A stretch of 64,000 bases of DNA from positions 57,040,001-57,104,000 of the forward strand of contig OX597822.1 of assembly GCA_951406725.2 (NCBI GenBank), given 5' to 3'. Within the stretch, counting starts at the first letter, position 1. Each line of letters begins with the position of its first letter. The notes below the pieces were generated by a model. It saw only the letters and a list, made by a program, of their open reading frames with translations, was not told where the DNA came from and ran no database searches. The stretch comes from Octopus vulgaris (taxonomy: Eukaryota). This document shows, piece after piece, positions 25,780 through 38,446 of the stretch. Made by a program: the position numbers and the translations under genes.

Positions 25780-28700
25780 GTTTCTTTATTAGCCACACAG
25801 ACAGGACAAATTACAAGGTAGAGCTTTTCCTTTGGGGGTAAAAAAAAGGGGGTTTGGTTTTCGATCAAAAGGGATCGTAAAGGGAAAGAAAGAGGACAAA
25901 AAAGGGGGGAGAATAAATTTTTTTTTTTTAAAGGGGAGGGGGAAGCGAAAGGAAAAAAAAATTATCAATAGGGATCGTTATCACAGAAATGTCAATATGA
26001 AGTGTAAAGGGGAGGACAATTGAGGTTTACTCGTGGAAAGAAAAGCCTACGGAAAAGACCACGGTAACCGCGGTCAATGAAGTCACATGTTATATTTCTT
26101 TTTTTTTTTTTGAAAATAAGCAACTCTGTATTAATTTTTACGGTTCATAGAATCATAGTCAAGGTGGCTTCGTCATTCATACGTGCCATCCTTGCTACAT
26201 TCACCCATCTTTTTTAAAACATTCACTAGACAAAACTTGCCTCTCTACTCTCACTTTCCTCTTCAAGTGATACTTGAAGAAGTTGATGAGAGATTGACCA
26301 GAGAGGAAAGTGTTTGTCTCTAATCCTTTCAGGCGCGTCCACCAGATACATTCTTTCGCCATAGCCACAAGTATGATAAAAAAAGCTCTTCCTTCCCGTT
26401 TGAAGGAAGGAGGCGTGACGATATTAACGATAGACTCGGCTGATAAACCGACTCGTCCCACACGTGACAGCAGTCGTTCGACATAAGCCCACAGGTCGGA
26501 AATTGCTGGACACTGCACGATTGCGTGCAGAGCGGTTTCGTCGCTCTGCCCGCATCTCGGGCAGGTCGGGCCCGTGTTTCTCGAGCCATGCCTATAGAGC
26601 TTATCCCGAACGGGTAGCGCTTCTCGGTAGCACCGCCAGGCCAGGAATCTCTGGAAGTTGTTCATAGGTCCCGGCCCGAAAGTCGTTTCAAACAGGCGGG
26701 TCAGGTATTCCTCGTCGACGCCCAGGTTTGCCCCAAAATCGTCGTCGTACCTCCCCTCCACTAATCCCCTATAGAATGCTTTGGTTGTGTTGAAGTCACT
26801 CAAGGTCGACCCGGGACGGCAGAGTTGCTTGAGAGCAACGCGACACTCGCGGTGCCATTCGCCCTTCCTCAGCCTCTTTTTGATCCATGCCTGCAGTTCG
26901 GTCATGGAGACAAGCTGCGGGAACGCGTGCCTCACAAACGGCGACCACACCTGTTCACCATCGTCTACATAGAGCCGGAGATGTCGCAGTCTCAGCGCGT
27001 GTCTGCGCATCATCAGCCACGGCATGCCCAGCCCTCCTTTTAACGGGTGTTGACAGCAAATGGATCGCCTGACCATCGGGACGCATCCTTTCCACAAGAA
27101 GCGGAAGAGAATGCGTTCTAGTTTGATGATGGTAGGGTCGGGACAAGGTACGATGGTCAGGCGGTAGTAGATGATGGACGCGATGTACGTGTTCGCCACC
27201 TCCGCCCGACACCTCCGCCCGACCTTTTAGGGGCAGTTTCCTCTCGGCCCATTGCCGGGCGAGAGTGACCACCCTACTCGTTATCTCGTTCCAGTTCTTC
27301 TCCATTTGGAGGTCCGGATCGAACCAGACCCCGAGCAACTCAACCGGGCCGTCCGTCCAGCGTCCCACGACGGAGGTACTGGTGGACGGCATGGGCTTGC
27401 GTCTCCAGGTGCCGAGCCGCAAGCCCACTGACTTTTCCCGGTTGATTTTTGCTCCTGTCACCGCTTCGTAGTCTTTCAGTGTCTCGCCGATCAGCTCGAT
27501 GAGCTCGTGGCTTGACACTATGACGGTGACGTCGTCCGCGTATGCAGACACGCTCGTCCCGCATCCCAATTCTCGCGGGATGCCCCTCAGAGTCGCCAGC
27601 TTCCGCAGTAGTGGCTCAAGAGTCAATACGTATAGAAGCGCCGAGAGGAGGCATCCCTGACGGACCGAACGTGCAATGTCGAAAGATCTCGATAGATGTC
27701 CATTTATGTGAATTACCGAACGGATGCCTCTGTACAAGGCAGCTATCCAGCCGCGGAAGACGGGACCGAAACCAGCCGCTCTCATGACTGCCTCCAAGTA
27801 TCGATGGTCTACCCTATCGAAGGTTTTCGATTGATCCAAGTTGATCAGGGCCCCACCTATGCCAGGTTCCTTAACTACTCTGTCTATGATGTAACGCATC
27901 AGATGGAAGTTGTCATGGATGCTCCGGCCCGGCACGGCGCACGTTTGTGCATTGTCGACCAGTTTCTCGATGACAAGCGCCAACCTCTTGGCTAACACTT
28001 TTGTCAAAATATTCAGGTCTGCATTGAGCAGAGTGATTGGTCTAAAGTTATCTATGATGTTCCCCTTGTTTGGATCTTTCTTTAGCAGCGTTACGGCTCC
28101 TCGACTCACAAAACCGGGTACGCTTCCGTTTTGCTGCCAGTTGCAGTATACCGCTGCCAAGACGTCTCCAAACAAGTCTGGCATACAATTGTAAAACTCG
28201 TAGGGCAGACCATCCAAACCCGGCGATTTGTCCCTCGAGCATTCTGCCATCGCGTCCCGCACATCCGCCGCCGTGATGGCACCTTCGCAGCACTCTGCCT
28301 CTCTTGCCGAGAGTCGTGGTAGGCTGTGCAGGTAAGCACTGAAGTCCACCCTGCGTTCACGCTCGCCACTCGTCCCGTACAGTCGGGCAAAGTGCCGCTG
28401 AAATGTCTCGCACATCTTGCTGGGCTCGAGCAATTCGCGCCCTTGTTCATCTACCAGAGACCGAATGGTGGCTTTGTTGTCCTGCTGCGCTTCCGCCACC
28501 CGGGCCTCCCTCGCGGCTCCAACACCCTCTATCCTTAGAGCACGCATCCTAGCCCTGACAGCACACCCTTCGTGTTTGGCGTTGAAGTGTTGGTCAAGGG
28601 CCAACCTCGCCGCTAAAACGCCGGATGTGATGCCGCTTCTTATTGCGTCTTCTAACTTCTTAACTAACTCACCCTCCACTCTCTTTTTATCTACGGCTAG

Positions 28701-29267
28701 TGCCTTGCTATATCTAATTGCTTCCGCTTTTACTGCTCTCTTGAGGGCGAACCACCATTTGTTGTTGACAATGGCTCCCGTTAAAGCCCTTTTTACTAAC
28801 GTGTTGATTCTGTCTCTGAAAACTTGTCTGGATGGGAAAGATGCGTTCAGTTTCCAGTAACCAGGACCCTGTCTATATGCCTTATCTAAGTCTAGCGTAC
28901 ACGTCACGAATGTGTGATCCGTGTAGCTGACTGTGTGGAATTGTGGACATCCTAAGTTATCCCTGTCTACTGTCCTACACAGTATCCTATCTAGATACGA
29001 TCTCGACGACCCACTGCGGTTGCTCCATGTCCACGTTGGTGCATTTGGGTGGTCGAGTCGGTACCTGTCGAGACAGTTGGAATCGTCTGAGCAGGTCTCT
29101 GAGGCATTTGCATCCCCTTCTGTTTTTGTCTCTCCCCACATAGTCTAGATGCGTGTCCAAGGTAGCATTCCAATCCCCCACTAAAAGTAAAGGACGAGAC
29201 GTTCCCAGGAACACTTCTAGACGTCGAAAGAAATCCGGCCGACCTGTTAAAGGCGGTGCGTAGATTG

Positions 29268-29268
<1 letters not shown>
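25780..29268 (-). mobile_element. Tx1/L1-clade LINE family A, 3.5-kb 5'-truncated copy in (GATA)n
   Basis: APE motifs GDWN, YLDRI, SYTDH; RT motifs KSPGLDG, FRPITLLN, RQGC, YADD; cysteine motif CPRC...ETALHAIVQC; AATAAA at the 3' end; (GATA)n at both ends. Confidence 0.97.
26145..29268 (-). pseudogene. LINE ORF2 (APE endonuclease-RT), frameshifted
   Basis: ORFs 28987..29337, 26955..29141 and 26201..27199 join through frameshifts; one is a 13-bp duplication cacctccgcccga at 27197-27222. Confidence 0.93.
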
Positions 29269-29330
<62 letters not shown>

Positions 29331-29554
29331 GACGCATGTAGATGCGTGTTTACGTTTATATATATATACCTGTATGTATGTGTACGTAGACATATATTTG
29401 TGTATATCTACATGCTTTCTTTCTGCCTGTATACATACACGTTGTTATCTGTGTTCCAAGTTTTTCTTTCGCATCGTACTTGACGGCTTGTTGTCAATTT
29501 TACAAGAAAATTCACGTCGGCCAATTTTGCAACTGTTTGAAAAACCTTTCACTT

Positions 29555-29678
<124 letters not shown>

Positions 29679-29992
29679 TCCTCTACATTTTGGTTTCTGT
29701 CACTTTCTATCTATCGACATTCCCTTTTTCGCTTTCTGTCGGGTTTCTTTATGGTCAGTCATATGTACATTCTGTATTAACATACGTATTCTGTCGATAT
29801 TTCATGTATTCGTATAGATAGTTATTTATATAGGGATTCATCATATGCGTATCTATATACGTATATATACACAAGATCATCTAGTTCTACATATTTCTTG
29901 CAGTTGCTTTTAGCTTTCAAACTCTGAACTCGACTAACGTATCTAACTCCAGGTTACTAGTAGCACTATGCCTAAGCAAAATACTGAAACAC

Positions 29993-30049
<57 letters not shown>

Positions 30050-30050
<1 letters not shown>

Positions 30051-30566
30051 TAGCAGTATCGCCCGGCGTTGCTCGGGTTTGTAAGGGAAATAACTATATA
30101 AGCATTTTTAGAGAGTTACTTCCTTTATAGATGCCAATTCGGGCTTTCTTAGCCATTTCTGTTTTGGTGTCTTCAAGCCATGAAGTCGTTGTTCTAAAAG
30201 AACGCTGGTCTCCTTGACAACGCTTTACGACGTTGATTTCCTTAAACTCCCTTCCCCACAGCTTCACGAGGGAGGGAAGAAGGGGGAGAAGCAAACACAG
30301 GTGCAGGTGTTTGAGCGTGGACGCCAACTCCGCCGCCATCGACACACGAAAAATTATGCATTAAAATGGAATAAAAAATTATGTTAAATTATTTTTAAAA
30401 TCGTAGACTCATCGTAGACGCGCGTTAATAGCCAGACGGGCTCGATATTAATCACGACTATAAGATACCCGAATTTGGTTAAACTGCACCGCAAAATGTG
30501 GGAGAAGTTAGGAATCTAAATCGTAGGAGACAGACACTCACACAACTACAGTTTTATATATATAGA
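30050..30566 (-). mobile_element. Non-autonomous Helitron
   Basis: Minus strand begins TC(tatatatataaaac) and ends with hairpin CCCGagcaacgcCGGG about 9 nt before CTAG; inserted between A and T, no TSD. Confidence 0.85.
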
Positions 30567-30574
30567 TATATATA

Positions 30575-30785
30575 GTTAATCCAAACAAGAAAACACAAAA
30601 AAACACAACAACGCGAGGACGTGGAACAAATATAGTATTATTGGACGCTCAGGAAAGAAGGGAAGAAGGAGGGTTTAACGTTTCGAGCGGAGCTCTTCGT
30701 CGGAAACATAGGAGAAGGAAAGATCCAGAGAAGGGAAGACAGAGGAAAAAAATCGCCAACGGTACACACGAGGTCACATTTTGAA
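30575..30785 (-). mobile_element. PLE pLTR-type short repeat with a hammerhead-like motif
   Basis: 30673-30707 minus: GTTT-CCGACGA-a-GAGC-tcc-GCTC-GAAA-cg-TT-AAAC; flanks related to the 16598 and 39150 units. Confidence 0.65.
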
Positions 30786-30876
30786 TATACATATACATAT
30801 ATGCATATGTGTGTGTGTGTATTCATACAAGTAAGCACATAAATGCAAAGCAACGAGGAAAAAAATATTACTCGAA

Positions 30877-32433
30877 TATTTTTTAAACCGAAAAAATTCT
30901 TCGCAAACTGTTACTCAGTTTCACGTGACCGTTCGACGGACAGTTGTCATAATACTGAACATAAAATTTTTGTAGGCAACTATAATATGACATAATATCA
31001 TTAACGTAGTCATTAATAGATCAACGAATAAGTAACTGAATTTGATTGGACGACTGATTTAAAAGAAAACAACGGTGAATGTTTTAACTGCCAGTGGTGG
31101 AGGTTAACTTAAATAGTGGAATAAAGAATAAATTATTGGTAATTAAATCGTAAAACTTTTATAAACGCTTTTAATGCTCATTTCGACTTTATCATATATC
31201 CTTATTATTGTCACGTACTTTCCCACTTTTTTAAAAAAATAGCCATTGACTTTTATTATAAACGATCCCCTTCTTTGATTGTTTTAAACGATCCTTTTTG
31301 GCCGCTCTATACTGCATTTAGCCCGTGTTTTTCCATGAACTTTAAATGCTTATAATTTAAGAAGATGTCCAGAATTGAATTTTTAATATTATTGCAGGGT
31401 TTTTCAAAAAGAATGAACCGATTTCATTGCGCAATATTTTAATGAGAAAAATCAATAGAAAACTCCAGCTAAGTTACAATTATTTACTCACACTCAACTT
31501 TTATTTCCTTTTTTACAGGTGTTCGATGTGGCTACTACATGCAGCACGGGCGACATCAATGTGCTAAGAGAATTCCTCCCAGATGCTCTTTGTACTTGGT
31601 CTGCGAGATCCCTAGACCTCACCGTGTATCATGCTTTCTTGTGGGGATATGTAAAAGATCATGTTTATGTTCCACCGCGCCCCGATGACCTTAAATATCG
31701 AATAACAACAGCGGTCAACTCAGTGGATCGTGATATGCTGATACACGTCTAGGAGGAATTCTCTTATCGCATTGATGTTGCCCGAGCTACAGGAACTAAA
31801 AGTTGATTGTGGGTAAATACTTGTGACTTAGCTGGAGTTTTCTGATGCTTTTCCTTATTGAAATATTGCGTAATGAAATCGGTTCATTGGTTTTGAATAA
31901 CTCTGTATTTTAATATCATTGTGCATTTCTGAAGGTCACTCATTTTCTTCCCGTTTTATATTACTTTATTTCACTTTGTTTTGCACGCTACATCTAGGGT
32001 TTTAGGGGTTTCTTTTTATAAAGCATATATTTTTTATGAGTATATTATACCTTGTAAAACTTTCAATGATCACCATTTTCACAGGAAATTCACCTATAAG
32101 TTTTATTTCAATTATTTTATTTTTTACAATATTTAATTCGTTCTACATTTCTTCCGTTTATCTCTGCATACGACTTTTTTGCAAGTATGTTTAACATACT
32201 TGTCTATTTCTACGAGTGTATATACCTTTTCAGTGTGCATGTGTGTGAATACGTTATATGTGTTAATATGGATGCATTTATGTATATTTGCTTGATGTTT
32301 TACATATGTTTATATATTTCGGGTATGCCTGTGCGTATATACATATATACTTGCATATATGTATGCGTATCTTAGGTGTATTAATAAGTATGTGTATATA
32401 TGTATTTGTACGAACGCTTAGATGTAGAATGTA

Positions 32434-32484
<51 letters not shown>

Positions 32485-32672
32485 ATATATTATAATATAA
32501 ATAATATATAAATATATGCATATATGGGTACAGGACACATCAAAAAAACCTTGAACACAATGAGATACGAAAACATAAAAAAAAAAAAACATAGAAACGA
32601 ACTATTTTTGGAACAACGAAAAAACAGAGAAGCGAAGCATGCAACTTCAAGAATATTCCCCTGTCATATATT

Positions 32673-32707
<35 letters not shown>

Positions 32708-33776
32708 ATATATGTGCATTATTCTCCTATGCTTCCTCTGTTATTAACAATCTTACTTCCTCTGCTTTTCTCCTTTGTCCTCATCAACTTGACATAACCA
32801 TCAATGCTTTTACATTAACGTAAAGTATAGTTTTGCGGAGTTTTTCTGAACACATTTTCCCGCTGTATACATATTTGTATAGTTCAGTATTTATGAGGTA
32901 GATAAAGAAACGTCCGTAAGTTGTTTTTTTTTTAGAATTATAACATTTAAATACAAAGAATAAAAAAAAAAGCAAATATAAAAAAAGGAAAGATAAGAAA
33001 GGGGGTAAAGTACCAGAAGATGGGTGGGGGATACGATGTGCCACACACCCCAGAATAAATGGCATGTTTAGCCGCGCCTGACGGTAATGACCGCAATGAA
33101 GCTGCTGCGAAGAATGACCGGTGGAAAATGGTCGTTCGTTACTTCTCCATCCTTATACGTTCTAGATTATTCTTTTCCTTCTTGTTTACTTCTCCCTGTT
33201 TGATCTACCCCTTTCTCTCCCCGCTTCTGCTTTATTTCTTCTTCCTCTCCCCACTTTTTACTGTCTTTATCTTTTTACTTCTCTTCTCTCTATTATTACT
33301 ATCATTTCTTTTCACAGCTTGTAGCATTACATTTTTTTGGATACCTTTTTACTTATTATATTTCTCATCTCTAGCTTCTATTCTTAACTTTATCCTTCAT
33401 TATAATTTCGACTACTTTTGCAAGACTACTATTCCTGTCAATTATTTGCAATTCTTATTTTTTTATATATCCTGTCCGTTTTTAATCGCTTTATTACAAA
33501 GTTTTTTCGGTTTAATTATTAATTTTTTTGCTTATACCATATTTATGTTAAACCCCACCCCTGGTAGTCTGCATACTTCATTATTAATTTTTTAATCAAT
33601 CACCCAATCAAATTCAGTTACTTATTTGTTGACCTGTTAATGACTACATTATATGATGTTGTATCATCTCATATGTGCCTACACAATTTTATGTTCAGTA
33701 TCGCAGTTGTTCGATGAACGGTCAAGCAATACTATGAGTAACAGGTTGTGAAGAAATTCTTCGGCTTTAATAAATA
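30877..33776. repeat. Diverged long inverted repeat (~30877-31165 / ~33495-33776), foldback-like
   Basis: aataagtaactgaatttgattgg vs ccaatcaaattcagttacttatt; atactgaacataaaatt vs aattttatgttcagtat. Confidence 0.75.
31395..31905 (+). mobile_element. Tc1/mariner deletion derivative (maT/rosa-like) with ~105-bp TIRs
   Basis: TIRs cagggtttttcaaaaagaatgaaccgatttcattgcgcaatattt... / ...aaatattgcgtaatgaaatcggttcattggttttgaataactctg; internal WSARSLDLTVYHAFLWGYVKDHVYVPP (WP.RSPDL-type motif). Confidence 0.85.
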
Positions 33777-34059
33777 GCATTTATACATCTGTATGTATAA
33801 ATGTATGTATATAAAGTATATGTAGCTAGACTTGAATTCACATTCCCAGTTAACTAAGTACTGCAGCTAACACACTGAACTGTGAATATTCCCCCGTAAG
33901 TAATGCATGTGGTATGTATGTCCACAGGTTAGTGGGACAGCTTCAATACTTCTATGACTGAGAATGTGGCTTCAAGTCCAGACACATACAAAGTTTTCAG
34001 AAAATAAGATCGTAGCAGAGGGTCTTAAAATTTGTTCAAGGTTTACTAATGTAGTCGTA

Positions 34060-34240
34060 CCGTGGCAGAATATTAGTTTCAACTTTTGGCACAAGGCCAG
34101 GAAGTTGGGAGGAGGGTTACAATCGATTATATCGACATCAGTGTTCAAAGTCGACCTCTGCGGAATTTGAACCCAGAACGTGCAGACAGACAAAATGCCG
34201 CTAAACATTTTGCCCGGCGTGTTAACAATTCTGCTAGCTT
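34060..34240 (-). mobile_element. Degenerate SINE fragment
   Basis: Minus strand gctagcagaattgttaacacgccgggcaaaatg...ggttcaaattccgcagaggtcgacttt (tRNA-like head with B box); a relative lies in the inverted-repeat arm at ~35300-35410. Confidence 0.6.
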
Positions 34241-34506
34241 TCAGCCTTTGTACTATAGCAAAATATTACTAGAAATAGATTACGTCTTTGATATCGTTCC
34301 GATGTTCAGACGTTTTATGCTTTTAATATGTAATTTATTCTTTTAGGATATTTTCAATGATTCTAACAAATATGAAAATGGTGAAGAGAAACGTACCAGT
34401 ATTTTCTCATGGATAACTGTATGGAGCTCATTCATTCTGGAATGCATTTATTTCTTGACAAAAAGATGAAAATAAATGAGAGCAACCGGAAACATTGACA
34501 AGTGTA

Positions 34507-34723
34507 CGAGGAAGTGCTGAGAAATTCCTGGCTTTGGGTAAAATAAAATACAGGTGGACCAGTTAATTGTGATTTTATTCAATATATTTCCCTCTCAGAT
34601 TCACAGACTTATTGCAGCGTTCCTTCAGTTTTTCTAAGCCTTGTAAAAGAACTCGGAAAGTTGGGCCTCCAGCCAGGCCTTTCGCAGCACCGTTAAGACC
34701 CGTAACTTTTCAGTACCCACTTG
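34507..34723. mobile_element. mariner-type MITE
   Basis: TA-flanked imperfect TIRs cgaggaagtgctgagaaattcctggctt / aagacccgtaacttttcagtacccacttg. Confidence 0.7.
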
Positions 34724-34840
34724 TATAACAAGTTTTCAAATATATAACGCGCCTTTGGTATTTATAAACTTCAAACTATTTCAAACAACAAATACTTCTG
34801 TAACAATACAATTTCCAGATGAATGTATTCAGTTCTCTAT

Positions 34841-36269
34841 AATTTTTTAACGTATTCTTTTGTTAAATTCTCGAATTACGACGTGTTTGTTATTCTCATG
34901 ATACCTATCGATCAGTTGGAAACGGGGAAATGTTTATTAGACTAGGTTGCTAATAAAACAAATGAGTGGTGTTTCAAGTGAGATGGCCTATTTTTTATGT
35001 TCTTTTAATGAAGTTCGCTTTGGGCAAGATAGAGAGATAAGTAGAGAAAGTTTGTATGTTTTAAGTGAATGATAGGGCGAAAGCATATTGTGTGTGACTA
35101 CGTGTGTTTGTGTGTGTTACACTGTGCCGGCAGTAATATAGATTGTTACAGCGAGATAATAGTAATGTGACGGCAGTGTGTACTCCAACGGTTATACCAC
35201 ATAACCTGTCGTAGGATTTTTCCGGTTGTGGGGAGATTCAGTTATGCTACTCTATTCTATGTTAGCACAAATGAGCATTTGATCTGATACTTTATTGTAT
35301 CGACCAAGAAAAATGAAAGGTTAATTTAACCTTGGTGGGATTTGAACTCAGAATGTAAACAGCCGCAACAAATACTGCAAGGTATTTTGTCCGACGGTCT
35401 AATGATTCTGAAAATAAAGCTCAATATACTTCTGAAAATAAAGCTCAATATACTTCTAGCCATCATTTGGATATCGGTCATAAAATAGGCCATAAAAAAC
35501 AGGCCATCTCACTTGAAACACCACTCATTTGTTTCCTAACTCTTAAAGTTTATAAAATTACCATGGGATTTTCGTGTATAATGCTACTATATATTTTAAT
35601 TTCACTTGGAGAGAATTACTTCAGCATTATCGTTAATTTTCTCAAAGTTTTCTCATTCTCATTATACAGTATGAGCAACGAGCGACAGCAGAGTATTTTC
35701 AGAATCATTAGACCGTCGGACAAAATACCTTGCAGTATTTGTTGCGGCTGTTTACATTCTGAGTTCAAATCCCACCGAGGTCAAATTAACCTTTCCTTTT
35801 TCTGGGTCGATACAATAAAGTATCAGATCAAATGCTCATTTGTGCTAACATAGAATAGAGTAGCATAACTGAATCACCCCACAACCGGAAAAATCCTACG
35901 ACAGGTTATGTGGTATAACCGTTGGAGTACACACTGCCGTCACATTACTATTATCTCGCTGTAACAATCTATATTACTACCGGCACAGTGTAACACACAC
36001 AAACACACGTAGTCACGCACAATATGCTTTCGCCCTATCATTCACTTAAAACATACAAACTTTCTCTACTTATCTTTCTATCTTGCCCAAAGCGAACTTC
36101 ATTAAAAGAACATAAAAAATAGACCATCTCACTTGAAACACCACTCATTTGTTTTATTAGCAACCTAGTCTAATAAACATTTCCCCGTTCCCAACTGATC
36201 GATAGGTATCATGAGAATAACAAACACGTCGTAATTCGAGAATTTAACAAAAAAATACGTTAAAAAATT
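34841..36269. repeat. Near-perfect inverted duplication with 576-bp arms (34841-35416 / 35694-36269)
   Basis: Arms are reverse complements with only scattered substitutions; 277-bp spacer. Confidence 0.96.
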
Positions 36270-36565
36270 TCGAATATCGAACAGCAAACAATAACAAAAT
36301 TTATATGGAAAACATGAAAACAAAGCACAAAAGTAAACGAAACGAAATTTTCCAAGACAAAAGCAACATTAATGAATAATAGGAATGTTGTTGAGTCTTG
36401 ACTTTAGTTTTATTAATGTTTCCTGTTTCGTTTTGCACTGTATGTTTTGTTCAAACTTTTTTTTGTATTTTTATTTTCAATTTTAACTGTGCATGTCAGC
36501 TACTGTACCAATTATTCAAGAAATATTCATAGATACATATGTATGAAAATATGTATGTATGTATG

Positions 36566-36599
<34 letters not shown>

Positions 36600-36606
<7 letters not shown>

Positions 36607-38260
36607 TTTATTTCATAATGAGATAAAAAAAAAACAAGGCTGTGTAGATCTTAGAACATTTATAGATAGGTCTTACAGCTGTTTCCAGGATATTAATTAT
36701 ATCCCTTCAACGGAGACGGTATGAGAGGATGGTTAAGAAATAGCTAATTTAGATAAGATATAAAATAGAGAGTGACGTGGTGGAAATAAAAGAAAATAGA
36801 TGTAAGATATGTAGAGATATTGCATTTGTAGATCCATTTATTTTAGGCAGAATGGTATACATATAATATTCCAATATTTTATGAGTGAAATCCAATAGAA
36901 TTTAAAATTGGTCATTCCAAGTATAGAGTTTATACAAAGCGTTATTGAATCCAGGGCTGTGTTTAAAGTGACCTAAAAATAGGGAGTGTATTAGTAGGGT
37001 CAAATCGAAAGCAGGAAGAGAGGAAAGCTGTATGTCTGTTGAGTGTTCGTATTACCAGAGTTGTTATGTGAGCGTTGATAGTAAAGAGAGAGCTTTCGCT
37101 TATTAGAGTCTGCTACAAAAGATTCGAAGTTGGCTGAGGTAGAATAAGATACTTTCAGGGTGGATCGATTAAAGATAGAATGATATTTATGTTGTCGAGG
37201 GAAGTTAGAGTCTAGCATTCTAAAGAAGGATTTAGCTAAGTTCTTAACGTTAAGTGAGAATGGTGGTGTGTACCACAGAATAGAGTGTCTGCCACTTTTT
37301 ATAGGGGGTCTGGGATTAGTGCTATCTAAGTTATTAGATAAAGGAATGCTATCTATATTTTGGGGGAAGGTATGTGGGAGGCGAGGCCCATTGTTGTTTT
37401 AGTTGTTTTCGTTTTTGACCTGGTGTTAAATGAATGTGTGTGTGGTCTAGGTTGCGTAGGTGCAAGACCTTCCAGAGTTCCATCAACGAACGCGTGTGGT
37501 TGGTTTGCGATTGTGATGGTTGTTGCGTGTTTGAGATGTGGTTTGAGATATGTATTGTTTGAGCTTGGTGTTATGGATGTATTCTATTTGTTGGGAAAAG
37601 CCGCTAGCGGCGAGTGCTTGATTATAATATGGTGCGTGATTATTAAAAATTTCTTCAGTGGAAGAGAGGTCAGATTTGTGGTGATTGGAGTGGACGTTAA
37701 GGTATTTAAGGTATTGGTTAGGTTTGTGGTAAGGGAAGTATTGGGATGTTGATAAGCTTATCTATCACTACACATGTGTCACTTTACTTTTTATAACCCT
37801 CCCTCCATTCCTTCTATCTTCCTACACTTTAATACCTTTTTCTCTCTATCACCCTTTATCTCCCCACTCCTACTTTCAAATTATCTCCACTCACCACTAA
37901 ATGGTACATTTTCCCTTATCTATATCTTTGTTTTCTTTTTTCCTTTTTCTTTTTTTCTGCTATTCCTCTCATCCTGTTTTTTTTTTATATTATTTCGTTA
38001 TTTTATTATTTTTCTTCTTACGTTCTTCTCCTTATTCTCTCATTTTCTCTTTTCTCTTCTTCTTCTCTTTCTCCATTCCTCTCTTCTTCTTCTCTTTCTC
38101 CATTCCTCTCTTCCTGTTTTCGATTTGACCCTACTAATACACTCTCTATTTTTGAAGGGATACAATAAATATCTTGGAAACAGCTGTAAGACCTATCTAT
38201 AAATGTTCTAAGATCTACACATCCTTGACTTTTTTTTATCTCATTAAGAAATAAATTTTT
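36600..38260 (-). mobile_element. Decayed Penelope-like element with inverted pLTR fragments
   Basis: ILWYTPPFSLNVKNLAKSFFRMLDSNFPRQHKYHSIFNRSTLKVSYS (PLE linker); 36600-36710 is inverted at 38150-38260; hammerhead-like GTCT-CCGTTGA-agggata..tatcctg-GAAA-cagctg-TA-AGAC at 36670-36717. Confidence 0.8.
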
Positions 38261-38407
38261 TATATGCACACGCTGACATATGACCAACGTTGAACCCCTT
38301 ATTCGCATAATCACCGAACCTGGAACTTATCTGCGGTCCAACTATAGCACTTATTCAGCATTAATTGACACTTATGGGTCTCAATGACGCCATTACCTAT
38401 CATAACC

Positions 38408-38442
<35 letters not shown>

Positions 38443-38446
<4 letters not shown>

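Noticed and set aside
33059-33595. 178-aa hydrophobic membrane-protein-like ORF
   Set aside because: A T-rich low-complexity tract overlapping an inverted-repeat arm; the Phe/Leu bias is compositional
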